From NCBI GenBank assembly GCA_964106645.2, contig OZ067044.1: a DNA stretch of 64,000 bases; one strand, written 5' to 3'. Source of the DNA: Podarcis pityusensis (Eukaryota). The translations under genes and the position numbers were made by a program. Below the pieces are notes generated by a model that was not told the DNA's origin, ran no database searches, and saw only the letters and a list, made by a program, of their open reading frames with translations. Shown in pieces: positions 48,702 through 62,120 of the stretch. Each line of letters opens with the position of its first letter. Within the stretch, counting starts at the first letter, position 1.

Positions 48702-51540
48702 TCTATACATCCTATGCCCGAAGATCTCAGGGCGGTTCACATAAAATATCAAATACATAAAATCAAAACAACAACAACAACCCAATAACCCGCCCCCAAG
48801 GGCCAGCATTTTAAAAAGGGTATAGGATGTAGATTAAGTCAGGCAAAGGCCTGGTTAAAAAGGAACTTTTTGCCTGCTGCCTAAAGGTGTATAGTGAAGG
48901 CGCCAGGCGAACTTCCTTGGGGAGAGCATTCCACAGACAGGGAGCCACTGCAGAGAAGGCTCGTTCTCATGTTGCCACCCTCCTGACCTCTCGAGGAGGA
49001 GGCACACAAAGAAGGGCCTCAGAAGATGATCTCAGGGTCTGGGTAGGTTCATATGGGAAGAGGCAGTCCTTGAGGTATTGTGGTCCTGAGCCATTTAAGG
49101 CTTTATAGGTCAAAATCAGCACTTTGAATTGGGCCCGGAAACTAATCGGTAGCCAGTGCAGTTGGACCAGGATCGGTGTAATATGCTCAAACCGTCTTGC
49201 TCCGATAAGCAGCCTGGCTGCTGAATTCTGCACCAGCTGAAGTTTCCGAAGTGTCTTCAAAGGCAGTCCTATGTATAACACATTGCAGTAATCACTAATT
49301 GTGTCTCTCTCAACAGAGATCATTGTACAGGGTGACCAAGGCAGTTTCTGTGCCAAAACAAGGCCTAAACCCTAATCTAAATGGATCCAGAAAATCAGCT
49401 TCTTCCAAGAGCACCTGAATCTGGTCTGTGACCACTCGCTCCAAACCTTGCCCAAAACCTTGCCCAAGAAAGGGAGATTAGCAACTGGCCAGTAGTTTTT
49501 TAGGTTTTCTGAATCCAGGGAAGGTTTTTTAAGGAGTGGTTTTACCACTGCCTCCTTCAAACAGGCAGGAACCACCCCCTCTTGAGAGTCAGTGTGGTGT
49601 AGTGGTTAAGAGCGGTAGTCTCGTAATCTGGAGAACCGGGTTCACGTCTCTGCTCCTCCACATGCAGCTGCTGGGTGACCTTGGGCCAGTCACACTTCTT
49701 TGAAGTCTCTCAGCCCCACTCACCTCACAGAGTGTTTGTTGTGGGGGAGGAAGGGAAAGGAGAATGTTAGCCGCTTTGAGACTCCTTAAAGGGAGTGAAA
49801 GGCGGGATATCAAATCCAAACTCTTCTTCTTCTTCTCTCGTAAAGACCCATTGATCACCTCCCTGGCCCAGCCAGCTGTTCCCTCCCGGCTGGATTTTAT
49901 CAGCCAAGAGGGGCAAAGGTCTAGAGCGCAAGTGATCGCCCTGACTGATCCGACCACCTTGTCCACATCATCGAGCCTTACCAACTGAAACTCATCCAAC
50001 ACAACAGGACTAGACTGTGCTCTGGACACCTCATGTGATTCATCTGCTATAATAGCAGAATCAAGGTCTTGGTGGCTGCAAACATTTTTATTCTCAAAAT
50101 GCTTTGCAAACAAGTCACAGAGAGCTACCGTTGGTTCTATCACCTCCTTTGGGCCAGCCTGTAAAAGGCCCTGTACAACCTGGAAAAGCTCTGCTGGACG
50201 ACATGATGAGGATGCAATGGTGGCAGCAAAGTACGCCTTCTTTGCTGCCTTCACTGCTACTAGGTAGGCTCGATAATGAGCCCTTACCAGTGTTCGGTTT
50301 CATTCATTCAGATCTTTCCTCCACTTGCGTTCAAGCAGTCTCTCAGCTTGTTTCCTCGCCCTAAGCTCTGTAGTAATTGGGTTCCACCAAGTGGGAGAGG
50401 GCGCTCAGGGGCAATTGTGTCAATAGCCCGAGCCATTTGGGTGTTCCAGAGGTCAGCCAGGGATTTGACAGGAGCACCAGTCATATCAGCTGAACCCCCC
50501 CCAAGCTGTTTGGAACCCCGCTGGATCCATAAGCCTCAGAGGGTGGACCTTCCTAATAGGTCCCCTACCTCTGCGCAGGGGAAAAGATGCTGATATCCTA
50601 AATCTCAACAGGAAGTGATCTAACCATGACAAGGGACTGATGTCAATGTCCCCCACTTTCAGATAACCCTCTTCCTGCCCAGTTGAGAAAACAAGGTCCA
50701 GAGTGTAGCCTGCCTTGTGTGTTGGGCCAGTGACATGTTGGGACAGCCCATGGTTGTCAAGGCAGCCATGAAGTTCTGAGCCACCCGAGAGCCAGCTGCC
50801 TTGGCATGGATGTTGAAGTCTCCCAGAACCAGCAGTCTAGGAGTCCTCAACACTGCCTCTGAGACCAGCTCTGTCAGCTGGGCAGCGAGGTGGGTGGTAA
50901 ACCAGCAGAATCCCTAATTTGTCCCGATTGCCCAATGCCAGGAATGCACACTCTAGATTCCCCCCCCCCCAACTGGACAGGGAGCCTGGAGATAGAGAGA
51001 GAATCTCTATAGATCACAGCAACTCCCCACCCCCTGTCCTGGACCCTTGAGTCTGGCCTGATGCTGTACTGAGCACCCAGGTGGGCACAACTGGGTGAGA
51101 CCAACTCCACCCTGTTCACCCACCCAGGTCTCAGTGATGCAAGCCAGATCAGCCTCCTCGTCCATAATCAAATTGTGGATGAGGGTGATTTTATTCTGGG
51201 CTGACCTGACATTTAACAGCAGAAGTCGCAGACCTGAGGGTTGGCTGATACAACAACCCCAATTCCCTAGTTGGAGGAGGGACTGGCACCCAGCACAGTC
51301 ACTAACTGCCTGGGCTGTGTGCCCCTTACCCGGCCTGCCCCATCTCCCATGTCATACCTCCCCCTACCCAGAACCACTGTAATTGGGCCTTCCTCTGCTC
51401 TCCTCTGCTCCTTTCCTCCCAGGCACATCCCACAAAATGCCCTTACAACTCAGTTAAAAACAGTTAAAACACTAAAAATAAAATAAAAATAAAAGAGGAA
51501 ACCCTCCCTGCTGAGCAACAGCAGCAGTCCTTATAGAGCC
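48702..51540 (-). mobile_element. L2 LINE, 5'-complete, RT core deleted, pseudogenised
   Basis: Start MCLGG...PITVVLGRGRY (ATG at 51428); APE endonuclease LLNVRS..NK...DLACITETW and LVLGDFNIH; LKEAVVKPLLKKPSLD..NYWPVANLPFLGKV; GFRPCFGTETAL; C-terminal DYCNVLYIGLP..LQLVQNSAARL..HITPILVQLHWLP; 3' UTR. Confidence 0.93.
49584..49834 (+). mobile_element. Squam3-like tRNA/CORE SINE nested in L2
   Basis: GAGAGTCAGTGTGGTGTAGTGGTTAAGAGC head, GGGTGACCTTGGGCCAGTCAC CORE, L2-like end, (CTT)n tail; interrupts the L2 frame at SLRE|GVVP; short TSD-like CTCTTG/CTCTCG. Confidence 0.88.
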
Positions 51541-51594
51541 CTCCAGGTCCCCCTCCCCAGGCCAGATGGAAAGAAGCCTATGAGAGTTAAGGTC

Positions 51595-51775
51595 AACTTT
51601 TAGAAGACATCTAAAGGCAGCCCTGTTTAGGGAAGCTTTTAATGTTTGTGAATTACAGTATTTTAATATTTTTCTGGCAGCTGCCCAGAGTGGCTGGGGA
51701 AGCCCAGCCAGATGGGCGGGGTATAAATAATAAATTATTATTATTATTATTACTACTACTACTACTACTACTAGT
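51595..51775 (+). mobile_element. L2 3' end with (ATT)n(ACT)n tail
   Basis: CTTTTAGAAGACATCTAAAGGCAGCCCTGTTTAGGGAAGCTTTT...GCCCAGAGTGGCTGGGGAAGCCCAGCCAGATGGGCGGGGTATAAAT. Confidence 0.8.
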
Positions 51776-53207
51776 ATTATATAAATAACATAGGGAGGGC
51801 CACATGTTTTCCCTTTTCTCTCTCTACTATTTTCTTCTGGACACTTCAGCCAACTCTGGAAAAGCTTGCTTAGCCCCCTTTGACTTCTAAAATTTCACCT
51901 GACATTACCCACTTGTCTTCAGATCCCCCCCCCCTTTTGTTTTTCTGGCAATAAATATCCTATTTGAATGAACTCAAGGAAATAAGAGATTCTCTGTTTG
52001 CAATGCAGATTTTTTAAAAAGCATACATGGACATGTGTGTGGTCTGCAGGACTCAGGTAACACTTCATAGGAAGCCTTGATCTGTGCAGAAGGCCTGCAC
52101 CTTTTTTTTTATTAAAGTTGACTGCTGAGGCTGGACAATTTATAATGTTGCTGCGATGCTGCATTTGAACAAGATTCACCTTCCTATTACAATCACCATT
52201 GTCACTGCCCCATTCACAATGCTTGGTGAACTATTTCAACAGACTCTCAGATGTTATGTGGATGCTAACAGGAGCCCTACAAATCTCATTCTTACAGACT
52301 TATACATGACCTGCTTAATAGTGCTGCTCATAGGATTCGATGTATATACAATAATAAAAAAGAGCTACTTGAAGAATTAAAAGAACTTTTGTGTCAGTCT
52401 GTTAACTGAGCCTTACATCAGACAAAGGCAAACTGTGAAGGTGACAATGGAACGAGGGCTTCATTTGCTGAAGTCTGAATTAATGAATAACAAGATCAAG
52501 ATCCCTTTGTGGCTGATTCTTTCCCAGCTGCACCCAATTACGAAAGAGTAATCAAAGAAGTCCACTCATTAGTTGGCAATTCTGTGCAATTTCAAAAAGT
52601 AATCCTTAACTCACTGCTGATAGGGAAATACTTCCTTAAAAACAAATTTATAGCCATCTGCAGGATCTTGGAGTAAGATGAGGGTGAAGACAGACTGACA
52701 GGCATTCTAAATCTGTTATGGACATGGTTTCTACACATATTCTCTGCCCTGAAAACAAACGCCTTAGAGTGCAGTGAATGTTTGTTCAAACTTCAAGCTG
52801 TTTCTCCACACTTGGCATGTTACGTCTGTCTTCAGCATAAGAGGTTTTTATAATAAAAACATAACTTTATGGAGGTAGAATAGTTAAAGCCACAAATAGA
52901 TGTTGACATATAAAATCACCTCTAGTCACCCCCGTCATATAGCGACAATGGCTTGTCTGTTTTACAGACAATCTATCCCTTAATTTAGGGATTTAGGAAA
53001 TATTCTAACACAAACTGACAAAGACCAGTAAGGTCCAAAAGAAGGCTGCCTTTCCTCTCTGCCATTCCATCAGAATGCTTGCCCCTTTGGGAAGAAAAAA
53101 TACTGGAGTCTAAAGTCAGTGCCCCCTGTTGAACTCATGAGTGAATCTGTGATTCCAGTTTAGCATTAAAAAATCAGCAGTAATAGTTCATAGGCACATA
53201 TGTATGT

Positions 53208-53579
53208 GGGATGTGGTCTAAACCACAAAGCCTCTTGGGCTTGCTGATCAGAAAGTTGGCAGTTCGAATCCTTGAGACGGGGTGAGCTCCCGTTGCTCTG
53301 TCCCAGCTTCTGCCAACCTAGCATTTTGAAAGCACGCCAGTGCAAGTAGATAAATAGGTACCGCTGTGGCGGGAAGGTAAATGGCGTTTCCGTGTGCTCT
53401 GGTTTCTGTCACGGTGTTCCATTGTGCCGGAAGTGGTTTAGTCATGCTGGCCACATGACCCGGAAAGCTCTCTGTGGACAAACACCGGCTCCCTTGGCCT
53501 GAAAGCGAGATGAGTGCCACACCCCATAGTCACCTTTGACTGGACGTAACTGTCCAGGGGTCCTTTACCTTTACCTTTT
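53208..53579 (+). mobile_element. Sauria SINE
   Basis: TGTGGTCTAAACCAC...AGTTCGAATCC B box ... CCTTTACCTTTACCTTT tail. Confidence 0.95.
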
Positions 53580-54340
53580 ACCATTATGTGTGCAATGAAC
53601 ACAAGAACAGCAAACCCTTTAATGACTTTTCTGGATCACATTGATGCTCCTCCAAAACTTGTGCTAGTAGAACATCATCCCAGCCCCTAGCCATGAAGGA
53701 GACTAAGCCAGCTTGCTGTGACAACAATGCTCATTTGTCCTCCTCCACTACCACCATGTTGCTGCAGTATGGAGAGGATTTCTAGTACTCAAAGAACTAA
53801 ATCAAAAAATTAAGCCATAAATGAAACCAGCTCACTGGCAACTTCAGAAATTGATCATGAGTGTCATGTGCTTTTTCATACATTTAAGTTGACTTAAAGA
53901 TCTTCTAAATGTCCCAGATGTTTCAGTAAAGACACAAAAGATTGTTTCACCTCCCTCTTGTTCTTTTTACCTCACTTTCCCTTCCCTCACAAGGCAGTTT
54001 GGTGTTGCACGACCCCAGGTGACAACGGTTTCTCTGAGGTGATTCCTCAGCAGATATATTTGCTTGGCTTTTCAGCTTGCAGTATATCGCAATTCCTGGT
54101 TATGGTACACTTGATGCCATTCTGTACTTATTCCTTCACTGCTCCCAATAATGTATCTGATTTCTACTCTCAAAGTTAGGGTGTACTGTATGGTAAGATA
54201 CTTTGCTCATAGAGATGTCCCCTCTATTAAGCTACTATTGTGCTGTGTTATCACAATATGGCCATGTGGATGAAAGTCACAGGGCTGGTGTGGGAGCAAC
54301 CATGAAATGGCAGTAAAAAGGAAAGGGGTTTCAAAAAGAG

Positions 54341-54539
54341 AAGGGCTATAGGGCAGTGTTGGAGCATCTGATTTGCATGTAGAAGACCCCAGGTTAGGTT
54401 CAATCCCTGGTACCTCCAGGTAGGGCTGGGAGAGCCCCAGTCTGAAATCCTGGACAGCTGCTGCTAGTCAGTGTACTGTAACTGTAGACAATACTGAAAA
54501 GTGGTCTGACTTCAGTATAAGGCAGCTTCCTATGTTCCT
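54341..54539 (+). mobile_element. tRNA-Ala-headed SINE
   Basis: GAGCATCTGATTTGCATG...GGTTCAATCCCTGGTACCTCCAGGTAGGGCTGGG...TATAAGGCAGCTTCCTATGTTCCT. Confidence 0.8.
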
Positions 54540-54909
54540 GTGTTCCACTACCAACCACTCTGCTGAAATGGGTGTGACTGTTGCACATGATGCTCTACCA
54601 CAAGGCAGCTGGTTTTACATGACAAGCATGGGGGGGAGAGAGATGTTACCTGGTGGCAGGTAGTTTAGCCTCAGCTGATCAATTATTAGGTGTAGTATAG
54701 AGTGGCTTTGCCTGCTGCTTCTACTGCAGTGCCTAATCAGTCAGTGTTGCATGGATTCCACCTCCTGCTTTGTCAAGTGGGAAGGATCAGATGCACACTT
54801 GGAAAGGTAGAAAACAGAAGTCATGTACCTCTGCATAATATAATTTTGTCAATGTCATAGAACTTAAAGTAATGTACTTGTATTATGAAATGTTCTGGAC
54901 AATGATACC

Positions 54910-55745
54910 TAGAATCATAGAATCATAGAGTTGGAAGAGACCACAAGGGCCATCGAGTCCAACCCCCTGCCAAGCAGTAAACACCATCAGAGCACTCCTG
55001 ACATATGGTTGTCAAGCCTCTGCTTAAAGACCTCCAAAGAAGGAGACTCCACCACACTCCTTGGCAGCAAATTCCACTGTCGAACAGCTCTTACTGTCAG
55101 GAAGTTCTTCCTAATGTTTAGGTGGAATCTTCTTTCTTGTAGTTTGGATCCATTGCTCTGTGTCCACTTCTCTGGAGCAGAAGAAAACAACCTTTCTCCC
55201 TCCTCTATGTGACATCCTTTTATATATTTGAACATGGCTATCATATCACCCCTTAACCTCCTCTTCTCCAGGCTAAACATGCCCAGCTCCCTTAGCCGTT
55301 CCTCATAAGGCATCGTTTCCAGGCCTTTGACCATTTTGGTTGCCCTCCTCTGGACACGTTCCAGTTTGTCAGTGTCCTTCTTGAACTGTGGTGCCCAGAA
55401 CTGGACACAGTACTCCAGGTGAGGTCTGACCAGAGCAGAATACAGTGGCACTATTACTTCCCTTGATCTAGATGCTATACTCCTATTGATGCAGCCCAGA
55501 ATTGCATTGGCTTTTTAGCTGCCGCGTCACACTGTTGGCTCATGTCAAGTTTGTGGTCAACCAAGACTCCTAGATCCTTTTCACATGTACTGCTCTCAAG
55601 CCAGGTGTCCCCCATCTTGTATTTGTGCCTCTCATTTTTTTTGCCCAAGTGCAATACTTTACATTTCTCCCTGTTAAAATTCATCTTGTTTGTTTTTGCC
55701 CAGTTCTCTAATCTGTCAAGGTCGTTTTGGAGTGTGATCCTATCT
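54910..55745 (-). mobile_element. CR1 LINE, 5'-truncated, young
   Basis: ORFs [21 protein letters not shown] and [40 protein letters not shown] are the canonical CR1 ORF2 C-terminus; (ATTCTATG)n tail. Confidence 0.97.
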
Positions 55746-56844
55746 TCATAGACCCTTCAATTAAATGTGTGTGTGTGTGTGGGGGGGAATATATGCACAA
55801 CCAGCTTTCTTTAATGTAGAATCATATCATTAACGTCTCTGAGGCAACTTTGCAAATAGTAATAATAAAAAATAAATACTACTAATAATAACATATGTCG
55901 TGTGAGGGACAAGGGATTGTAATGTTCAAACATGAAAGAAAATAAGTGGGTGGCTGCATATTGGAGTGAGTAGAACATTTTGTGCAGCAATGTGTTCCTC
56001 CTTGCAGAATTCACAATTCATGAACAAATACTATAATTAACATATTGCCATTATCAATCAGTGTAACTGAATGCAGGATTAGAATAACTGGCAGAGTTGC
56101 TGCATGCTTGTATAGAGTCCAGTCCCAGCAAGTACAATATAGCAATCTTGCCAAATGACCGCTACAGAGGGCAGAACTTGGAATTCTGGGTGTGAGCCTT
56201 CTTTCTCCTCTTAAGCCCCTTGGCTTCTATTGATTCCATTGGCCTCCATTCAAGTTAAGTTGGCATGTGTTGTTGCCTAGCAACAGCATGCAGTCTACTT
56301 TTGTACTATCCCATGGAAATGCTGCCTGTCTGGAACGTGACATTCAACAGTATGGCTCTATTAGAGAGACTCTTTCAAGAGTCCTTCCCACTTCCACCAC
56401 TCGGGTAACTGAACAATCTCCAGGTAGAAACTGTTCTGTTCTCATGTCCTGAAATGACCCAGTTATGCAAAACAGGTAAGGCAACATCTCTTTTCAGACT
56501 CCTGTTCTATTGACTGGAGCACATGAGCTTCCAACATGATCCTTACACCAACTGGATGGGAAGCTGGATCTAGGAAACATGGACTCATGTCTTTCCTTTA
56601 GACTGCTTCAAAAATTATATATTCATTTCTGTCCCCTCCCCTACATGCCCTGTGCCCCCCTCAATTTGCTCCAGAGGGTTGTCAGATCCACTAGAACAGT
56701 TTTAGTGGGGCATAGTGGGAGGGGAGAACATTCCTTTATGCAAGGAGAAATCTGTGTGCCAGTGGAATGAGGGACTTAGTGCTGCATTGAATGCCACCAG
56801 AAGTGTCAACCATCTTTGTGTAGGTGTCAGTGTACAAGGCTGGG

Positions 56845-57020
56845 TCATATGAAGAAGGTGCTTCATTATGAGTCAAACCCCTAAGTCCTTCTAGCTAAAT
56901 ATTGTCTGTTCTGACTGACAGTGGCTACTGAAGCTAACCCTTCTACTCAAGATCTCACAGTGGAGATCCTGGGACCTTCTGCAGGGAAGATTATGCTCAA
57001 ATACTGAGCTTTGGTTCCTC
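56845..57020 (-). mobile_element. tRNA-Ala-headed SINE (highly degenerate)
   Basis: ATGAGTCAAAC...TGACTGACAGTGGCT...CCTGGGACCTTCTGCA...TGCTC..TACTGAGCT. Confidence 0.5.
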
Positions 57021-58992
57021 CTCAAAAGCATATAATCAAAAGCACTACTTTGAGGGAAGACAACTGAATCTCCTGCAAAATAAGTGACAGACAGTTATTC
57101 TACTCTGAGGATGGAACAAATTCCCACTACAACTGATGAATATTGGCTCCAGAAAGGGTGCAGGCTATACCAATGACACTAGGTGCTCACAGATCTTACC
57201 ATGATAGAGAGACCTATGACTTTCTCTTTTGTGACACAATCTTGTCTCCTTCTTGTAAAATGCCCCTTTTCTTCCTCACCCCAGCAACGACTAATCTGCA
57301 CTGAAACGACTCACTCATGCCCTTTTGCCTGATAGCCAATTCAATAAAAATCATTGGGGACTTGCAATCATAATTACAATGTCTTAACAGTACACATTGC
57401 ACTTCTTCACTGCTTGAATAGTTTTCTTATTACTGCCAATAAAGAAGAACCCATTTTATTCAAACCTTGTTTATCTAGATCTTTTGATTACTTGAATTTA
57501 TGGTGTGTTCTCTACATAGCCTCATTCTCTTTTAACACTTCAAAACCTGCTCTCATATTTATCTAAACATCTGATTATCCAGAGATTTTCAAGGTCACCT
57601 AGCCATAGGAATAAATGAGATTGGGCTATATTAATATATGTTGGTCAGTGTTGTATAGAGGTTAAATCAGGGGTGAAGTATCCCGTTTGGCTGCTTGAGG
57701 CAAAACAGGAAGTGACACTTTGTCCTGCCACCACTGCCACCACCACCTACCTGCCCCTGCTGCTGTCTGCTGTGCACCCTGCCACATCTGCCACTGATGG
57801 AGAAGCACCACCACGATAAGCACTGATTTTGGGCACGATTGAGATGGTTTTGGCTAAAATCATGTATTAAATGGTAGGATTTAATTAGGAAAGTGGTGGT
57901 GCAAGAAGAATAAGAATGAGAAGAAGAAGAAGAAGATGATGATGATGATGAAGAAGAGTGTGAAAATGAACTGGAAAAGCACAGACCTATGCCTAGAATG
58001 TGTGGAGGTAAATTAGTGTGGACGAGCCCTTAAGGTTTAAGTAAAGGGCCTAAAATTTAGTCTCTAAATCTACCTGATGAAACCACCTCTTTGATTTTCA
58101 GTTGTTCACACATATATGTGAAAAAGTGCCAAAGGCTTTCTGAAGCCAGTGTACTCTAAACTGTGCATTACAACTGTGTGGTTTGCCATTGTATGAATGC
58201 ATCATCTCAGTATATGATAAGCAATGAAGTATGTTGAGGAAATCCGTGTGTTTATACTAGCAATGAGGAAAACATTGTTAATTCATAAACCCCTAAGTGA
58301 CTCACAAAGGTTTTCTTTACGGGTAGGCTGAAACTAACAGCTGTTCTATCACATTCCATTTGCTCAAGTCAACAGACCTGTGTTAATAGTTTGTTGATTG
58401 TTGTACACTTGGCAAATATTTTGGTGCTATTACTATGTTTGCGTTTTATTACTCAGAGTGACAAGAGTTTTTATCTGAGAGTCATGAGATGCTAAACAGG
58501 ATATCCAGAGTTGAGGGATTTATTATGTCTTGTCGGTATTAGCAGAATATTTCCCTTTGAAGTACAACAGCAAGTAGTATTTCTGGTGTCAGATGCATCT
58601 TCTCAGCTTCTTTGTCCTTGCGCTGCCTCCATCTGTGAGATTTTCCTGAAAGTGACTTGTTAGTATGCCAGGGAATTATCCTGGTTATAAAGCTAGATGT
58701 TCCTTAGGGCATGGTATAAAGCCAAAATGAGATAGATGGTCAGCTTCTCCATTAAGGTGATGCTCAAAGGGTACACCTCCAAACTCCTTTTCCTCAAGGC
58801 CATTTCCCGCTCTATATACCAATGCAGGAAGGGGGAAAAGGAAACACTACCAGGGCAGGGGGAAAAGAAGGTTCTGAAATTAAATCAGTTGTCAAAGCTT
58901 ATCCAACGTTGCAGATGGGTTCAATCACACACTCTCACACTGAACTCATAGACACTGAACATCCCCATTATGCTCCCTCCACCCTGTCACAT

Positions 58993-59330
58993 GAATATAG
59001 GAAGAGCCTGTTGGATCAGGCCAATAACCCATCTAGTTCAGGATCCTGTTCTCATAGTGGCAAACTAGTGCTGTTGTGCTTGGATCCCTAAGCAGGACCC
59101 CAGCATCACAGCACTCTCGCCTCCTGCGTTTTCAGCAAATGATATTCAGAAGCATTACGGCCTCTAACCATGGAAGCAGAGCATAGTCATCATGGCTAGT
59201 AGCCGTTGATCACATTCTTGTCTTTGAATTTATCCAATCCTCTCCTCTATCTAAGCCATCTAAGTTGGTGGCTATCACCGCCTCCTTTGGGAGTGAGTTC
59301 CATTGTTTAACTATGTGCTGCATGAAGAAG
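58993..59330 (-). mobile_element. CR1/L3-type LINE 3' end
   Basis: GGAAGAGCCTGTTGGATCAGGCC..CCCATCTAGT...GGGAGTGAGTTCCATTGTTTAACTATGTGCTGCATGAAGAAG (reverse encodes FFMQHIVKQWNSLP). Confidence 0.8.
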
Positions 59331-59630
59331 CACCATATTTTTTGCTCCATAAGATGCACCTAATTTTTAGAGGAGGAAAACAAGAAAAAAAATATTCTGG
59401 ATGAAACAGTGGATGTATGGTTTTTGTGGTTCCATGCTGTGGCCACAGACATGGTATGTGATTTGACGGTGAGTGTGGGGTAGCCCAATGCAAAAATCCT
59501 GAGAATCCATGTGGATGCATGCTTTGTAACCACGTTTTTGTGCCATTGCGGCCCCATGAAACGATGGATGCGTGATTTTTGGGTGCAGGCTATAGCCATG
59601 GACATGCTATGTGATCTGATGGTGAATTTT
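59331..59630. mobile_element. Tc1/mariner-type non-autonomous element, one end
   Basis: CCATATTTTTTGCTCCATAAGATGCACC resembles CCGTATTT-type TIRs; internal ~73-bp duplicated unit; no second TIR found. Confidence 0.55.
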
Positions 59631-61166
59631 CGCCAAGTACTGCCTATAATCCTGATCTCAAAGGTTGTCCGGAACAGGCAGTCCTGTTGACTTTTTCCAG
59701 ACCAATTGGCAGCAAGATTCTGCTGCCAAAATAGCTCCTCCTTCATGGCCTGGGCAGTGAAAATTAAGCAGGTTTCTTAAATGCTGCCACATGATGGCAG
59801 GATGTGAAATGATGGTTCTCTGTCTCTTGCACATTGATTCATATAGAACCAGGCATGTCAGTTGCAGTTTTGCTCTGCTGTCATTCAAAATACAAACTTT
59901 GTTTGCTATGGCTTCCTCCTGTCTTCCCATCACCCTCAGATTTATGCTTCTTCTTCGCATTTCCATGCTTGCAAGGTTAAGAGATGTAATGATTTACTGT
60001 AATTAAATCTCTCTCTCTACTTGCTTTATCATGACACATCTTAACTATACATTTCCCCCTTTCCACTGTCTGCAAGATGATGGAAATGACAGAGAGGAAA
60101 GATATTGCTAGAGAGTTGCACAAATGCCTGAAGGCATATTAATCTCAAATTAATCTGGAAAACATTAAAATTAATCTCAACATCTAATGAAGCTCTCAGT
60201 CCTTGGGATAGAACACTGTAGGGAAGGTATTAGTTTTTTTTTTTTTTGTTTAAACTGAAACAACTGCTGTTGGTTAAATAAAAGGCAAGCTTCTGAGTTT
60301 CATAAAATCTTTATCAGAGTACAAAGAGAATCAGGAAGTAATTTTAAACTATGCTTTTGTTGTTTGTTATATCTGTTAGGCACTCTTCTTACAAAGTAAG
60401 TCAAAGTGACTTACATTAAAAGTTTAGATGCAGAATGAGGTTGATTAACATTGGGCATTGATTAACAAAGTCAAATTCTCTGTTGTGTGAATGGAAGTGA
60501 ATCATTGGATACAACCCAATATTTCTAACCCAGTGACCTCCAGTCTCCCTCACCCTAGCATTCTTCCATCTCTGCATTTGGAATCATTTCCCCACTTATT
60601 AACATGGACACATTCTCTCTCTCATGTTCACTAAATTGTCAAAAGTTGCCTTTCTCAGTAGAGGGTACTAGCTGGATACTCCCAATTGAAATGATCTGTT
60701 CTTATTGCCAGAAGAATCTCATATAAGGAAGACTTTTCATGCAGACAAATATCTTCATCAATGCATTTTAGCAAATTTTATGTTCATGATTTCTCTAGAT
60801 ACTGAATCTGTGAACTTCGGTCTGAATGATAGCAATTTAGCTGAATCCATTCTTGGCTTGAACCTTCTGTAACAGGTTTTTTATTATTATTAAAAAAACC
60901 TTACCAAAAGGTAGTGAAATAAATGGACATTGGGTATGAAACCCTATCACAGTTAGTTTCTCCTGTTTTCATATTACCATAGTCAGGTTTGCAAATGTAC
61001 TTTTTTTGTTACTTTATCCAGTTTACGAACTTGACCACAGAATAGTGGCCATTGGAATTATGAAATTAGTAGCTCACCTGGCAGAGCACAGGACTATAGG
61101 AGTGCTGGCCACTTAAATCCTTAGACAGCCAGTTCAAATTTGATTTGAAGGAAATATTTTTTTGAG

Positions 61167-61355
61167 GAAAGGCTGTAGCTCAGTGATAGAACACCAGCTT
61201 TGCATACAAAAGGTGCCACATGGAATCCTTGGCATCACCAGGTAGGGCTGGGAAACATACCTATCTGAAACCTTGGAGAGCCACTGCCATTCAATGTAGC
61301 CAGTACTGAGCTAGATTGATCCAATGTATGACTCCATTTATGACAGCTTCCCATT
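61167..61355 (+). mobile_element. tRNA-Ala-headed SINE
   Basis: GGCTGTAGCTCAGTGATAGAACACCAGCTTTGCATAC...CCAGGTAGGGCTGGG...ACAGCTTCC. Confidence 0.8.
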
Positions 61356-62120
61356 TTCTGAATAGAATCAGACAGTTTGTGAATCACAGGTCCCAAATAG
61401 TTATGACGGCTGCAGTTGAACATAGAGTAAACTGTGTGCAAAGGGGTGCAATTTAATTCAGTATGCCTAATTCTGCACAATATTGTGGCCATTGTGTTTT
61501 CAAGATGGTGCAGAGTTCAGTGAAAATGCCACATGAAACCCATTGCATAGGAGTGCACAAAGTATTTCCAAAACATTTACATAATTAAGGCAAGTTCACC
61601 TCCTCCCTTCCCGCAGAAATAAAGGCATCATGTATAAACAAGGTTCTGATAATTAATAAACAGCACATCACATTCTCTGGAACCATGCATCACTAGGGAA
61701 TGATAATTATAATGATTCAGGTGACATAAGGTACTGAGTATGATAAACATTCTGGTGTACAAATTCATCAGTGAGGAAAAAACACATTTTATTGCTACAT
61801 TTCTAATTGAGACTAGCCACTAAATCAAAGTGCATCCAGGTAGCAATTGTAGCAAGTCATTATTATATTTTGTGCCTCTAAGTGCAACTTGTTGAGATAT
61901 TTTGGGATATTTATGTGCTCTTGCAAGTCAATCAAGCCTTTTGATTCTCACTGGAACTGGAAAAGTACACTTAGTGCTGTATCAACTGACTTCAGAACAT
62001 TGATAAACATTGCTAATATGCCAGGAGGACCAGAGGAAAAAGAAAACAAGGCTCTGGAATCTTTCAGGAAATGAGATCTCAATAGAAACTTTGTTTACTC
62101 TTGCATAACAAGTTGAGTCT

